DNA of 64,000 nt, taken from Tubulanus polymorphus (Eukaryota; Animalia; Nemertea). Under the pieces are notes generated by a model. That model saw only the letters and a program-made list of their open reading frames with translations, did not search any database and was not told the DNA's origin. The translations under genes were made by a program, and so were the position numbers. The DNA is taken from the NCBI RefSeq assembly GCF_964204645.1, contig NC_134035.1, forward strand, positions 6,138,001 to 6,202,000. The letters are read 5' to 3'. The first letter of the stretch is position 1, and every line of letters begins with the position of its first letter. This document shows positions 14,399 through 26,700 of the stretch, piece by piece.

Positions 14399-14728
14399 GC
14401 TACTGTGCTGCCGTCCCTTCGGTTTTATTATTTTGTTCTTTTATCCTATCCACATTATTTTTACTTTATTGACTTCACACTCGAATGTTTTTTATTGTAA
14501 GATTTCAGAGTTCAATAATGTTCTATTCTATTATTCTATTCTTCCAAAAATTAAAATGCATTGAATTGACTTCAGTTCCGATTCGGTGTCCGTTTGTTCC
14601 GACCGGATAGTTACGGTTCCGGATTGTTCCGATCGCGTTAAACTTCCGGGTTGTAAATGTGAAGATTTTGATTTGGCCTTCAAAAAATTTTAAAAACTTG
14701 AATTTGTGGACTAAAACCTATTGACACA

Positions 14729-17700
14729 ATGGGTACTGTTCATGCAAAGGTAAAAATCCGTGATTAAGATTGGTTTGGGAATTGCGTTAGTGTTAAACTG
14801 AACCTAAAATGCGGCAAAAATAAATCAAGAAAGCACAAGTTAGGCTAAACTAAAACTGTGAGTGTGATTGTGAAGAAGTCGAAGAAGAAAAACTGAAAAG
14901 ACATTAGTCTTCTGAGACAAAGTCCGAACCCTCGATCCTCTCTTCTTCATTGCTCGATGGATTCTTAGCCACACTCTGATAATCGACTCCACTGGTCCAA
15001 GGAGGTTCCTACTCCTAGCTACCCCCTGCCCAACACCAACTGCAGGGGAGGGGGATTCCCAGTTGTCCTCTGCTAACTTACTCCAGGGCGGCTGATTCCC
15101 ATCCTCCCCGGCAGGGATTTAAACCTGATTGCATCAAGATTGCCACGATACAAAACCCCGCCAAACAAACCGAGTGCACAGCTATGCGCAGCTTATTAAT
15201 TAGACCTTGTCATAATTAGCCAATCAGATATTTTGTTTTATTTTAATCCAGATTTTGGTTCTTTTGGTTCTTCCGTGAAATTTACCTCAGCGATTATACA
15301 ACAAGCAATCTGATTGGTGCCGCAAGTTTTCGTGCAGTAAACTGTGCATGTTCCTGCGCACCCGGTCTAATGTGGCAGGATTTTGTGCTGTGGCTGAGTG
15401 TGACGATGCCATCAGGTTCGAGTTTGAATCCCTGCCGAGGGAGGATGGGGGATTCCATGCTGCCCTAAGCCAACCATCCTCCCACGGCAGGTAAATTTCA
15501 CGGAAGAACTAAAAATGGGAAATTCCGGGCTATAATGGGATATCTGATTGGTTAATAATGACATCTTCTAAGCTGCGCATGATCGGTCTAGTGTGGCAGG
15601 GTTTTGTACCGCGGCAATCTTGATGCCATCAGGTTCGAATCCCTGCTGGGGGAGGCTCTGTCTACCAACTGACTCCTGGGCGATTCTGCCAAGGCCCAAC
15701 TGACTCGGGATTCCTAGCTACCCTCTGCACTACACAGAGCTGGGCCTACCGGGTAATGTCCGTTTATCTCTTCTCCCAACATTGCGTATATGCCACATTT
15801 GAATGCAGCAATGTATCATATAGGCCTACTACAGAGACATCTCGTCCGTAGCCAGAACTAGAAATGTGAGATATAACTTGATGAATGGCTTTATTGTTTC
15901 AGTCTGTGAATCCCAGAAGTCAAACTTTCAGTGAAACTCCTCAAAGTCAAAGGAAAAATCGTGAAGTTGATCTGGACAAAATCCCGGTAAGTATTTTACT
16001 GAATTTCACCACAAATCCAGGAGACTGACAGAATTTATTGTTGATCAAAGGTTCTCTGAACTCCACCATTAGTCAGTAGAATGCAACGTAAAACCCACCT
16101 CCCTAGGTGGTGCTGAGCGGGGTTGCAGGGTTCATAGAGGTCCTTGAAAGTCACGGAATGGCCACTTAAATCCTAGAATCATGGTATCTGCTTCAACATG
16201 TCAATACATTTTGAAGCTTTTGGTCACATTTAATCTATTGTATAGGCCTACATTATATCAGATCTGGTCATTGTATTATTTGGTCTGGTACACTAGTCTG
16301 GGAAGAATGACAGTCAGTGGAGTACGGGGATCGTTTTAAGTGGTCATTTTAGTCCAGCCGAGGACCTGATTGATGGACAGTACTTATTATTTAACAGTTT
16401 GTACTATTCGAATCAGGTCATGGAATTGGGGTCAAAAAGGTCATTGAAAGTCACGGAATTAGACTGGTCAGGGAGACTATGAACTCTGGGGTTGTCAATA
16501 CTGTATATAAACAATTGACAGTTTCAAATTTTTTGATTTGATAGTAGCAGTATCAAGAAACTCCTCCATGTGCAGTGAACACTTGAATATCGTTCAATAT
16601 CACTTCAAATATTGAATGAAGTTTGATTTGATAAAGCAGATCATTTTATTGCGTACAACTACATGATGTATCTTAATATGATATAAGCATTATTTTCATG
16701 GGTAATAATCACTTTGAATTATTGACAAAAAGCATAAAAATCTGCTCATGCTAAGATGACAGGCATACTATCACAGTACTGTCATGTGTTGCCACTGCAT
16801 AGCTTCTCTGCATTTATTACAACTCCCTTGATAGATAACATTTATGAGTTTGTCGTAAAGAAGGTTTTCAAATAATTCATTTTAACAATTTTAATCTGAT
16901 AACATTGTGTTTAGGCGGCATAAAAATTGACGTGTAATATAAAATCAGCGGTAGTAAATTTCAAGCCGTTTTTTCTTTGTTACGAGGCGGACTGCAGCAT
17001 TTACGGTAAACCGACCTTAAACAAACGTATAGTAAAATGATCGAAACTATCGTAATCAAAGCGAACAACAAAATTACATCGATGAGTAATAATTGAAAGA
17101 GATACAAATCTTTAGATGGCGGCTGAATATGTTTAAATCCGTGTTTTAGGACTCCGTCTAGAATCTTCCCGGCTCGTACAGATGCGAACTCTTTACTGCG
17201 ATAAATCAGCGACGATTTGTGAATGTTTTTACGATACGTTGGGTTCGTGATCACCTCTTCGATCGCGGCGATCAATTCCTCGGTTGTCACGCTCGTGATT
17301 TTGACCCCCAAACCGTAACCGCGTCGCTCGATTTTCTGCGCGTTAGCCGGCTGATCTCCGTAGAAGGGTATCCCTAAAACTGGGACGCCGCCGTACAGAG
17401 TCTCGTGAAGTCCGGCGTTGCCGCAATGAGTTATAAACAATCTGGTATTGCGATGAGCGAGAATGTCTCTTTGCGGTAACCAGTTGACGATATGGACGTT
17501 TTTCGGCACGTTTTTCATTTTCTGTTTGAATTTGAACACGAACGTGTATCGGGGCAGAGCTCGCATCGCCTCGACTACTTTATTGACGTACTCCTCGGCG
17601 AGGAACGATACAGTTCCGCCGAACGAGACTAAAACTAGCGACTGATTCGCGCTATCGGCGATGGTTTTAAACTCACCGGTCAGCGGTTGAGTCGGCCGCA

Positions 17701-20700
17701 CGGATAATCCGCCCACGTGGAACACGTGAGGCATCGACGGAACCGGCACGTCCAATAATTCGTCGACGTCGATCAGCCACAACTTCGAGTCGCCCTGTAA
17801 CCGTTGGTAACTCGGGCACGGTGTTTGTCGACAGTATTTCTCGTATCGCGAACTCGGATCGGTTACCCAGGAAACCAAACCGTAGCCGAGCGTCGCGAAC
17901 AATGTATTAATGACGCGACCTCTAAAATCTAACGCTTCGACGTCTGCGTGTATTTTGATGGACGGCACCGCGAGCGTCGGTACAATCTGATCCGGCATGA
18001 CTAACGTCGTCACCGTGCCGTACGGTATTTTCAATTTGTCGAACAAAATATACGAACACTGCATGAAGAATATTCCGTCGGCTAAACCGAAATCGAATCG
18101 ACGCGACAGCAACGTCTCGAACAGAACTCGATCGCCGAGCAACGTCTCGCAAACCGGTCGAAACACGTCGACGGCGAATCGGATTTCGCTTAACGGATTA
18201 GTCGCCTCTAGCGACAGCGTCAGGAAGTCGCGTTGTTTTTGTCCGTCGGTCTCGTAGAGGTACATGTCGTCGGGCGCCTCGTACCAAATCACGTCGACGC
18301 TCGTCCCGGCGAGTATCGGAGAATCTCGTACCGTCGTCGGGGCGATGAACGATACGTCGTGTCCGTACCGTTTGACCAGCTCGTCGCCGATGACGATTAA
18401 TTGTTGCATGTGACTGGTGGCAGGTGGCGCTATCAACGCGACTTTAGCGGAGTGGATACCACCCAAAGTCATCGCCATGACAACTGCGACGACCGCTTTC
18501 ATCTGAAATGTTATTTTTTAAACGAAATAAAAATTCTGATTTCTTTGAACGTCGGTCAAACTTACGTTTAAGTCGTGGGATACAACAAGTTTATACATTT
18601 TACGTGAACTATGAGTCGTACGTGAGGTGGATCTCTTTGTTGGAAACTACGACTTATAGACAGACTTTGAATCAAGGGAAAAACAGGATTTTGATGATTA
18701 AACGATTTTAAGGTGACAACAACTTAGATGAGTTTGACTGTAATAGACTGATTAACAATTCCACGAGTCATAAAATGAGCCCTTGATCAGTCGGTATACA
18801 TACCTTGTTTTAGGTTCCCCAATTTGAACTACTCTGTGCTGTTATATATGCCGTAATGGTAATCATAAACATGTCTACAGTTAATGAATAATGGGGTTTG
18901 GTGTCTAGGTCTAATAATAGTCCAATTTTATAATCTAACCTTTTTCTGTATACCGGTAGTCGTATATACAAAGTCCAATAGTCTCGGAGCGAGCGTATGT
19001 TTTCTGAACAGTTCTTCAATTCATATACTCTAATGCTGTACACCACAATAGACTAATGTATTGAAATACCATGAGATGATTTTTAATACTGTCTGAGGGG
19101 AGCAGAGGGAGTATAGTGGAACGGCACGTGTTAGTTTTTCAGTCTGTTGTGTTTGTAACAGCTGTCATTGCGAAGTTGCCATTATCACCTATTTCAAAAC
19201 GATAAAGCCTCCAATGATCCGTCAAATTTCCATAGTCTTTACCTTTAAGTAGTAAGCAATACTTTCAGGGACTGAGCACATACCTCCCGTATTACGATGT
19301 ACTGAATTCTTCAATGGATTGTCTTAATTATAGCCTACATGTATCTATCTACCTTTGACACATCGTCAGTTCAAAAACTGGCTCAGACAGAATGAAGATG
19401 GCTGACTGGTAGCCATTGATGTTCATCGAAATCAGCACTTTTTACTCATTTTTAGCCCACATGGGACTTTAGTCCCAGCGGGCTATTGCGTTCACTTTTC
19501 GTCCGTATGTCCGTAGACAGAATTATTATTCCCAGTTATTTTGGGAAGTTTTGAAGACGCTTCAAGGTAACGTCTTGATATTTGGGTTACACATGTATCT
19601 ACCCTAGACACATATTCAGCCCAAAAACTGCCCCTGTCAGAATCAAGATGGCCGACTGGCAGCCATTGTTGTTCGCCAAAATCAGCACTTTTTACACATT
19701 TTTGAAATTTTTGAGGGAAATTTTGAAGACGCTTTGATCAATTACCTTGATCTTTCGGATATATGTGAATCCCCCCAGGGCCCATCAACATAACAAAAAT
19801 TGGGTCGATCAGACTCAAGGTGGCCGTCCTATGACCTTTTTAGTGCCAAAAAATGTTAATTTTGGCCCAAATTCTGAATCCTGTAGCTTCCTACTGGTTT
19901 ATCATTTCTCATTGCAATTTGTGATGGGTATTCTTTGGAAAGGGATGTTTTATACCTGAGACAGGTATTTTTCATCAGCCAATTATGACGCAATTGGCGG
20001 CCATCTTTGTGTCACCAGTACTCATTCGTAAGTGGGAAAACGTTTTTCCACATTATATTGATACCTAAGCATATTTTGATACCACAATCAATTAGAAAGT
20101 TGTAGCTCATAACGTGTTCTATGATTGTGGTGAGTTTCAAGGTAATTGGATTTCATATATGGCCACCAGGGGGCGTTGAATAATACAATATCTTAGCATT
20201 TCTTTATTATATTCGTACCTATGCATATTTTGTAACCACAATCAATTGGAAAGTTGTAGCTCATGACATCATCTATGATTGTTGCGAGTTTTAAGGACAT
20301 AAGCTTTTCTATATGGTCACCAGGGGGCGTTGAATAGTAGAATAACTTAGTATTTTTCTTATTATATTGGTACCTAGGCATATTTTGTTACCATGATCAA
20401 TTGCAAAGTTGTAGTTCATGACATGTTCTATGATTGTGGTGAGTTTCGAGGTCGTTGGGTTTTGAATGTGGTCACCAGGGGGCGTTGAATAGTAGAATGA
20501 CTTAGTATTTCCATATTAAATTGGTAACGAGGCATATTTTGTTATCACAATCAATTACAAAATCGTAGCTGCTGACATGTTCTATGATTGTGGTGAGTTT
20601 CAAGGTCATTGGTTTTTGTAAATGGTCACCAGGGGGCGTTGAATGTTGAAATTGTTAGATTGTTGAGCATTTGAAACCACTTCCCAAATGGGCATGGTGT

Positions 20701-23700
20701 CCCTGGACCCCTAGTATAAGTTTTCAAGGGAAATTTCGGAGACACTTTAATCAATTGGGTACCCGCAAAACCAACTGTCCGGCCAGATAGATGAGCAGTA
20801 GGTTGTCTGTTGTTAAAATAAGTTCTTTTTCGATTAACTTTGAAACTGGGTTTTTAGACTCCCAAATCCATATAATCACAGTACCCACCAAATAGCCTAT
20901 ACAATACTGTCTTCATTCTTCTACTCGGATATTGTTTTAGTTTTCATTAATAATTGATTCATTTAAAAGAAAAGTTCATTCAGTTTTAATTGAAATGTAG
21001 AAGAAATCGAACGCGGACGCCCGACTATCTACTTAGCAACACCTGGTGACCTGCGCGCCTGCCATATGTGGAATCCTTGATTGCCACAGTAGCACTGCGG
21101 GTACACCATTATCCTGATCTTTCATGTACCGGTAGGCCTATTCCTATAATCATTAGAAAATCAGACCTAACAAGGCCTTCATCTTTAGTCTGAATTCTCA
21201 AAGGTCTCACGTTTCTTATGGTTTGCCAGAGGAGGGTCAGCTCTTTTAACGGATCAAACGGATTTTGTATGATTGGGTTATTGCGCAATCAGTGCCCATC
21301 TCAATCTCGACATCAGTCCTCGTTGAAAAACAGCCGCACCCCAGGAGATCCTCATCAAATTGCAACAACACAATATATTTCTATCTTCTTCGGAAAATAT
21401 CAATACATCTATTTTCAAATCTCTAAAAACACATCAAATATGGCTCAATGTATTTAACAGTATATTCAGTATAAAATATGTGATGATGTAATGTCCAACT
21501 AGCATCGTTCCATCCATTCCATACGTCATTCGATTCCATCCTGAGAGAGTATTCCAAACACACATAGTCTATTTTAGATCTCCAATAATTAAGGGTTAGT
21601 TTATCTTCACAACCACAGCAATATGATGAATAATCCTCAATCATCTTTTCTATGAGCATAGTAAGTATGGTGCAGTACAAATGTTTTTTATATCATAAAA
21701 TGCCTATAAAACCACGCTGCTATTTACATATTTGACTATTCGACATTAAATATTATCTCGGTCAAACTTTAAATCCCATTTTTCTCATACATTCTTTATG
21801 CGCTTCTATTTCGGGTGAACAGTTCTCTTCTCCTTTTTCCATGATGCAGGCGTCTCTTGGTTTCCTCGTTTCGGGACACGCGCAGCATGGTTTACATTTC
21901 GGTTTCGCGCTCTCTCCTCCGGTTTCTGCTGCTGCTGCAGCCTTAGTTTCAGCCTGAACTAAACTCATTTTATCACTGGATTGATGTATTTCTAAAGCAG
22001 GAAACTTTATGAACTTTATCGTGAAAAATAATTTTCTAAGTTGTATAATGTTCCTTGACCTTGAATTTATGGGGTAAAGAGTAAAACACGGATTTGAACT
22101 GGCATTGGAAAACGCGGAATCGGATTTGGACTAGGACTGCATTGTATTTCAGCATGTTGCAAGCCATACGTTTTCTGTCGTAGAAATTAAAACAACTCAT
22201 TGCTATTGATGATAATAGTAATGTTGATATTATTGTCATCGTTACAATTTATGATATTTTATTTACATAATAATTTACAACGTTCAAATCAAATCCAAAT
22301 CCAACTAATCTATATAAAACATATTACACACTTCGGTTTAAACAACTAATTCATCGCACCTGGTAACGTGGGTTTATAAGGGACAAATGAATAAACACCC
22401 AGGACCCAGTTCCACAGTTGTGAGTTAAGATTTAACTCAGAGTTAGCTCATTAAAAATAAATTTATTTTAACTCAAGAGTTAACTCTTAACCCATGACTG
22501 TAGAACTGGATCCGGGGATCAGTTGCTCAGAAGTTGGTTACAGTTATTATTGTTAACCAGTGGATAAATGCCATACTTTCGCGTCGTAACCATGAAGTTT
22601 GTCGAGTGGTTTACTAGCTCTAAGCAACTTTTGGGCAACCGGCCCCAGATTTTGCCAAACACGCAAATGAATCAAAAAACACATCATCATAATACATGTG
22701 AGTTGATCCCAGAAACTGTGAACATAAATCACTGGCCCGGACCTTGAGTTCTAGTCTTGTCGTATGCCACATTTACTGTATTATACATGATCACTGGTCC
22801 CAACTAATACCAACTTCTAGTCCTGACCACTGGTCTGGACTGAGCTCTAGTCCAATTGTTTTCCGAGTATATTGTGTCGATACTGATGTTTATTCGACGT
22901 GCTCAGTTTTTGGCGAACGTTTGTTTTTAATCTTAGACCAAATTGTTGCCGTTACTCTGACGACAGTCCGATGCAAGGCGAATATAAGAATCTGCAGAAC
23001 GAACAATAAACTGCCGAAAATATCGAACATCAGGAATTGAGCTGTCGACATGTAGTTAGTGGATGTTTTCAGATGTTGATCCCCGTATTTCATCACGTGA
23101 TCAATCCAATACGCGGCTTGGTCACGAGGATGAGGTCTCGATTTAAAGATGGCCGACGCCTTGCCGATATTTCTGGTGAAGTTGCTGTTGTTGAGCAGTT
23201 CATGTATCGCCGATTGGAGGTCGTCGGACGTGAATTTCTCGGTGTCGAGTTTTAATCCGTAACCCTTGACGACGACGCGCTCGGCGTTGTACATCTGATC
23301 CCCGAATAGCGGTAAGCCTAACATCGGAACGCCGTGATACAGAGCCTCGCTCTGACCGTTATTGCCGCAGTGAGTTATGAACAGACGTACGTTCCGGTGC
23401 GCGAGTACGTCATTCTGCGGTATCCAGTCGACTATTTTAACGTTCGACGGTATCGTTACGTTACCGGGGATACGATACACGAGGCGCATCAGTATTTTCT
23501 GTCCGATTCGCGAGAACGCGTGCATCAACTTCTGCGTGAACGTTTCCGACACGTGCGCCATCATCGAACTGTGCGTGACGACGATGGCGCCGGCGTCCGC
23601 GGCTGAGTCGAGGAAGTCTTCTAGTTCGGTCGGCAGCGGTTTCGGCGCCGCGGCGGATATGCCGCCGATGTAGATGACGTTCGGTTGCGAGGGCCGCGCG

Positions 23701-26700
23701 CAGTCTAACAGATTGTCTTTATTGATCAACCACAGTTTCGACTGCTCGGCGATCTCGTACAGCGAGCCGTGCGGCTCGTCGGCGACGAAACCGAGAAACT
23801 TTTTCTCGTCGAGGAAAATGTGCGGCACGAAATTCTCGAAAAACAAACTGTACAAAAATTGTCGCATGCGATTAGCGAACGTGTTTGATTGTTCGGTGAT
23901 CGAACACGGCCACGGCGTAACGAGGGGGTGGGTCTTTGTTATGTACGGGTAGATAACAGTCGACATACTGACGAACGACACGTTCAGTTTATACGGAATC
24001 AGGTGATTGCAGAAATACAAACCTTCGACGATCGCCATATCGAATCTGTAACCGGCGAGCGTCCGCATCAGCGAATCGTCGCGAAGTATCGTCAGGCAAT
24101 CGTGTTCGATTCTCGGTTTCATGACGCGCGCCACGACGGCGTCCGTCCCGCCTCCCGCGATCATCACCTCCGATAGATCGCGTTCGTAATTGTCGATCAT
24201 TTCGATGGATTTCGCGTCGGACGAAGCATAGCTGATCACTTTCACGCCGGAGTCTCGTAACTGTGGAGGTTTCTTGGCGTTTTCGTCCATCAGAATGAAC
24301 ACGTCGTGTCCGATGTCGATGAGACCGCGCGCGACTCCGCCCGATTCGGATAGATGTCCGCCCATTTGCATCGTCACTATGACGACGCGTTCTGCGTGTC
24401 CGGCGACTATCAGCAGACTGATTATTATCGCCAAATTCATTTTTAGAAATCTTTTTCTTTGATAGGCAGAAAAAAGTCGTAGTTTTACTTTTCTATGAAT
24501 TAGGAGTTTATTTCGAGTTTCTCCGGCCAGATTGATTCATTACACTCCAATTTTTCCTATTGTTTTACTATATGCTTAATTATATTTATCAATTTTGTAT
24601 TTTTATATTCAGCGCATAAATTATTACTAGTTATGCGCAATATAACGAATAAATTATTATTGTTATTATTGCTATTGTAATTATCATTATTCTCTCTAAA
24701 CTCTAATAACGACACGATAAATGATTTAACGACGCGTTAGGAGTTTTGAGCAACCAGCCCTAGTTGTTCAATTCCTTCTTCGTTTCTAGAAACTGCTAGT
24801 TTTTCTTTTCATGAAATTTTTCATCACGTTAAGTCGATGTTTTTGTGGCTCAAAATCGTCGGGGAAACGCACCAAATCTTTAGCCTAAATTTATTCTCAA
24901 TTCTCCAGTAGTCTCTACGAATAATTCATCATCGCGTTAAAATCTGATTCTTGAGATTCCGTTTCTCTACAAAATAAGTTTAATGATAAAAACCCCGCGA
25001 ACACAAATAGGCCTACTCAACACAGTTGCATCAGTATTTTTAGTAAAGAAATAAACTTATGTAATGATATAATAATGTTGAAGAAAATGTTCAATGTTTT
25101 GTATCTAATTTACAGCGAAACGAAATAGATTTAGAATAAAAACCGTTTCTGCAACAAGTTAATTATTGTAAACGTCAAATATTTCAATAACAAACAGAAA
25201 AAAAACCATTGAATTAATTGAAAACATTGTAAATGTTTCCAGTTATAAGTAACTGTCTAATTCAATTGAAGAAAATACCCACATTATTGAAGAAAAACTA
25301 AGAAGGTATTTGAACTCAATTCTTTAATGTGTCATTTTCAAAAAAAGATTGAGCAATATAGAGCCTCCTTTAATTATCTACTGCTCTCTGGAAATAAGTC
25401 TGTTTTTCGAAAATTGCTCGTAGTTCTCGAGTTCAAAAGTCAAAGTCTTCTTAAGTTTGTCTTTAATATTGCGTGGTTTTTTCTTCAGTTCTAATACCTG
25501 TTCTATAGAACTTGGCCACAAATTGTTTTACCGTGTCATGCATGTCCTGTCTGGTGGATCCGATCCTGATAACGCACTGCTGTCGTTTAGTGATTGTTTA
25601 TATACCCGCGCTCTCTAACTATTATCTTTTATGTAACGCACATTTTTCATTGGTTGAAAGTTGCGCACGCTATCTAATCAGATAGCTAGAGCACTTCTCT
25701 TGTGCGTGCAGGCTGTTTGAAAACAAAGCGTTACGCTGGTTACCGTAACTGAATAGATTATCTAAATGGTCATCATTGTTGCGTGCGAGGATCTTTTCAA
25801 TAATTCATCGAAAACAGAAGTTTTTTTCAAATTATTGTTTCCAGAATAAATGATTATGCGATGAATTGAAATGAGACAATTTTTTTATCGGGTCTTGATG
25901 AATGATAAAAGAGTCGTAACGTTATAATAAAATATGTACTCTTCATTTATAAAAAAAAAGGTAGCTTATGTCAGGGATTATTTTTTTTCAAAAATAAGTT
26001 GTGGACGTTTGCCAAAAGTGTTGCTGATAATTGAAAAATTGATGACTCTATGATATATATGTTGTTAACAAGGTTCAAATTTGACACATTTTCAAGTTTT
26101 TCGTTCTGTCTCGGTAAGTGACCTCTACAGCTACATTCTGAAGCTCACCGCAGCTCGGACTATCAAACCGTACATCCTCTTTTTATCCAATGTCTGGACT
26201 TTAAGTCCTTGTGCTGTTTGTTCTATTTCAGAAATGAACGTTGAAGGTTATGATATCAATAAGTGAAATTCAGAACAGTTTTTTTCGAAAAGTATAAGCA
26301 AACATTCGTTCTAAGTACAGGTTTCTATTCTTAGTTTGTAATGAGTATTTATAGGTTTTTATCAAATGTAATTGTCTCGCGGAAAGACTGATGGTCTAGG
26401 ATGCAATGCACAGGAGACATCTAGCCATTGTGTAGTCTACTTTTTTCAAGTGTCTCTATTGACCGCTGTTTAGAGGTCGTGGCAATCTTATAATGATATG
26501 ATCAAGTGGTTTGAATTTTAGAGGTCGTAGCAATGTCAAAACAGTCTGCTCGTTCGAAATTCAGGTATTTTTTATCCCACGATTAAAAATGATTATTAAA
26601 ACGATGTCTGAATTATTTAGAGGTCGTCGCAATGTCAAACGTGAACGGGTTTTATGGAGTTTACATTGGTTAGATTAGAATCTACAATATTATGATATTC

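Noticed and set aside
15580-15650. tRNA gene (GGTTCGAATCCC)
   Set aside because: Only a B-box-like motif with no cloverleaf. It is part of a thrice-repeated SINE-like sequence.
16961-24440. Bacterial horizontal transfer of the intronless UGTs
   Set aside because: Signal peptides and C-terminal TM helices in both, plus a dilysine tail in one, give the animal ER-UGT architecture.
22744-24462. Numerous + strand ORFs overlapping the UGT (likewise 17463-18257)
   Set aside because: Antisense shadows of GC-rich coding sequence with no recognisable domains.
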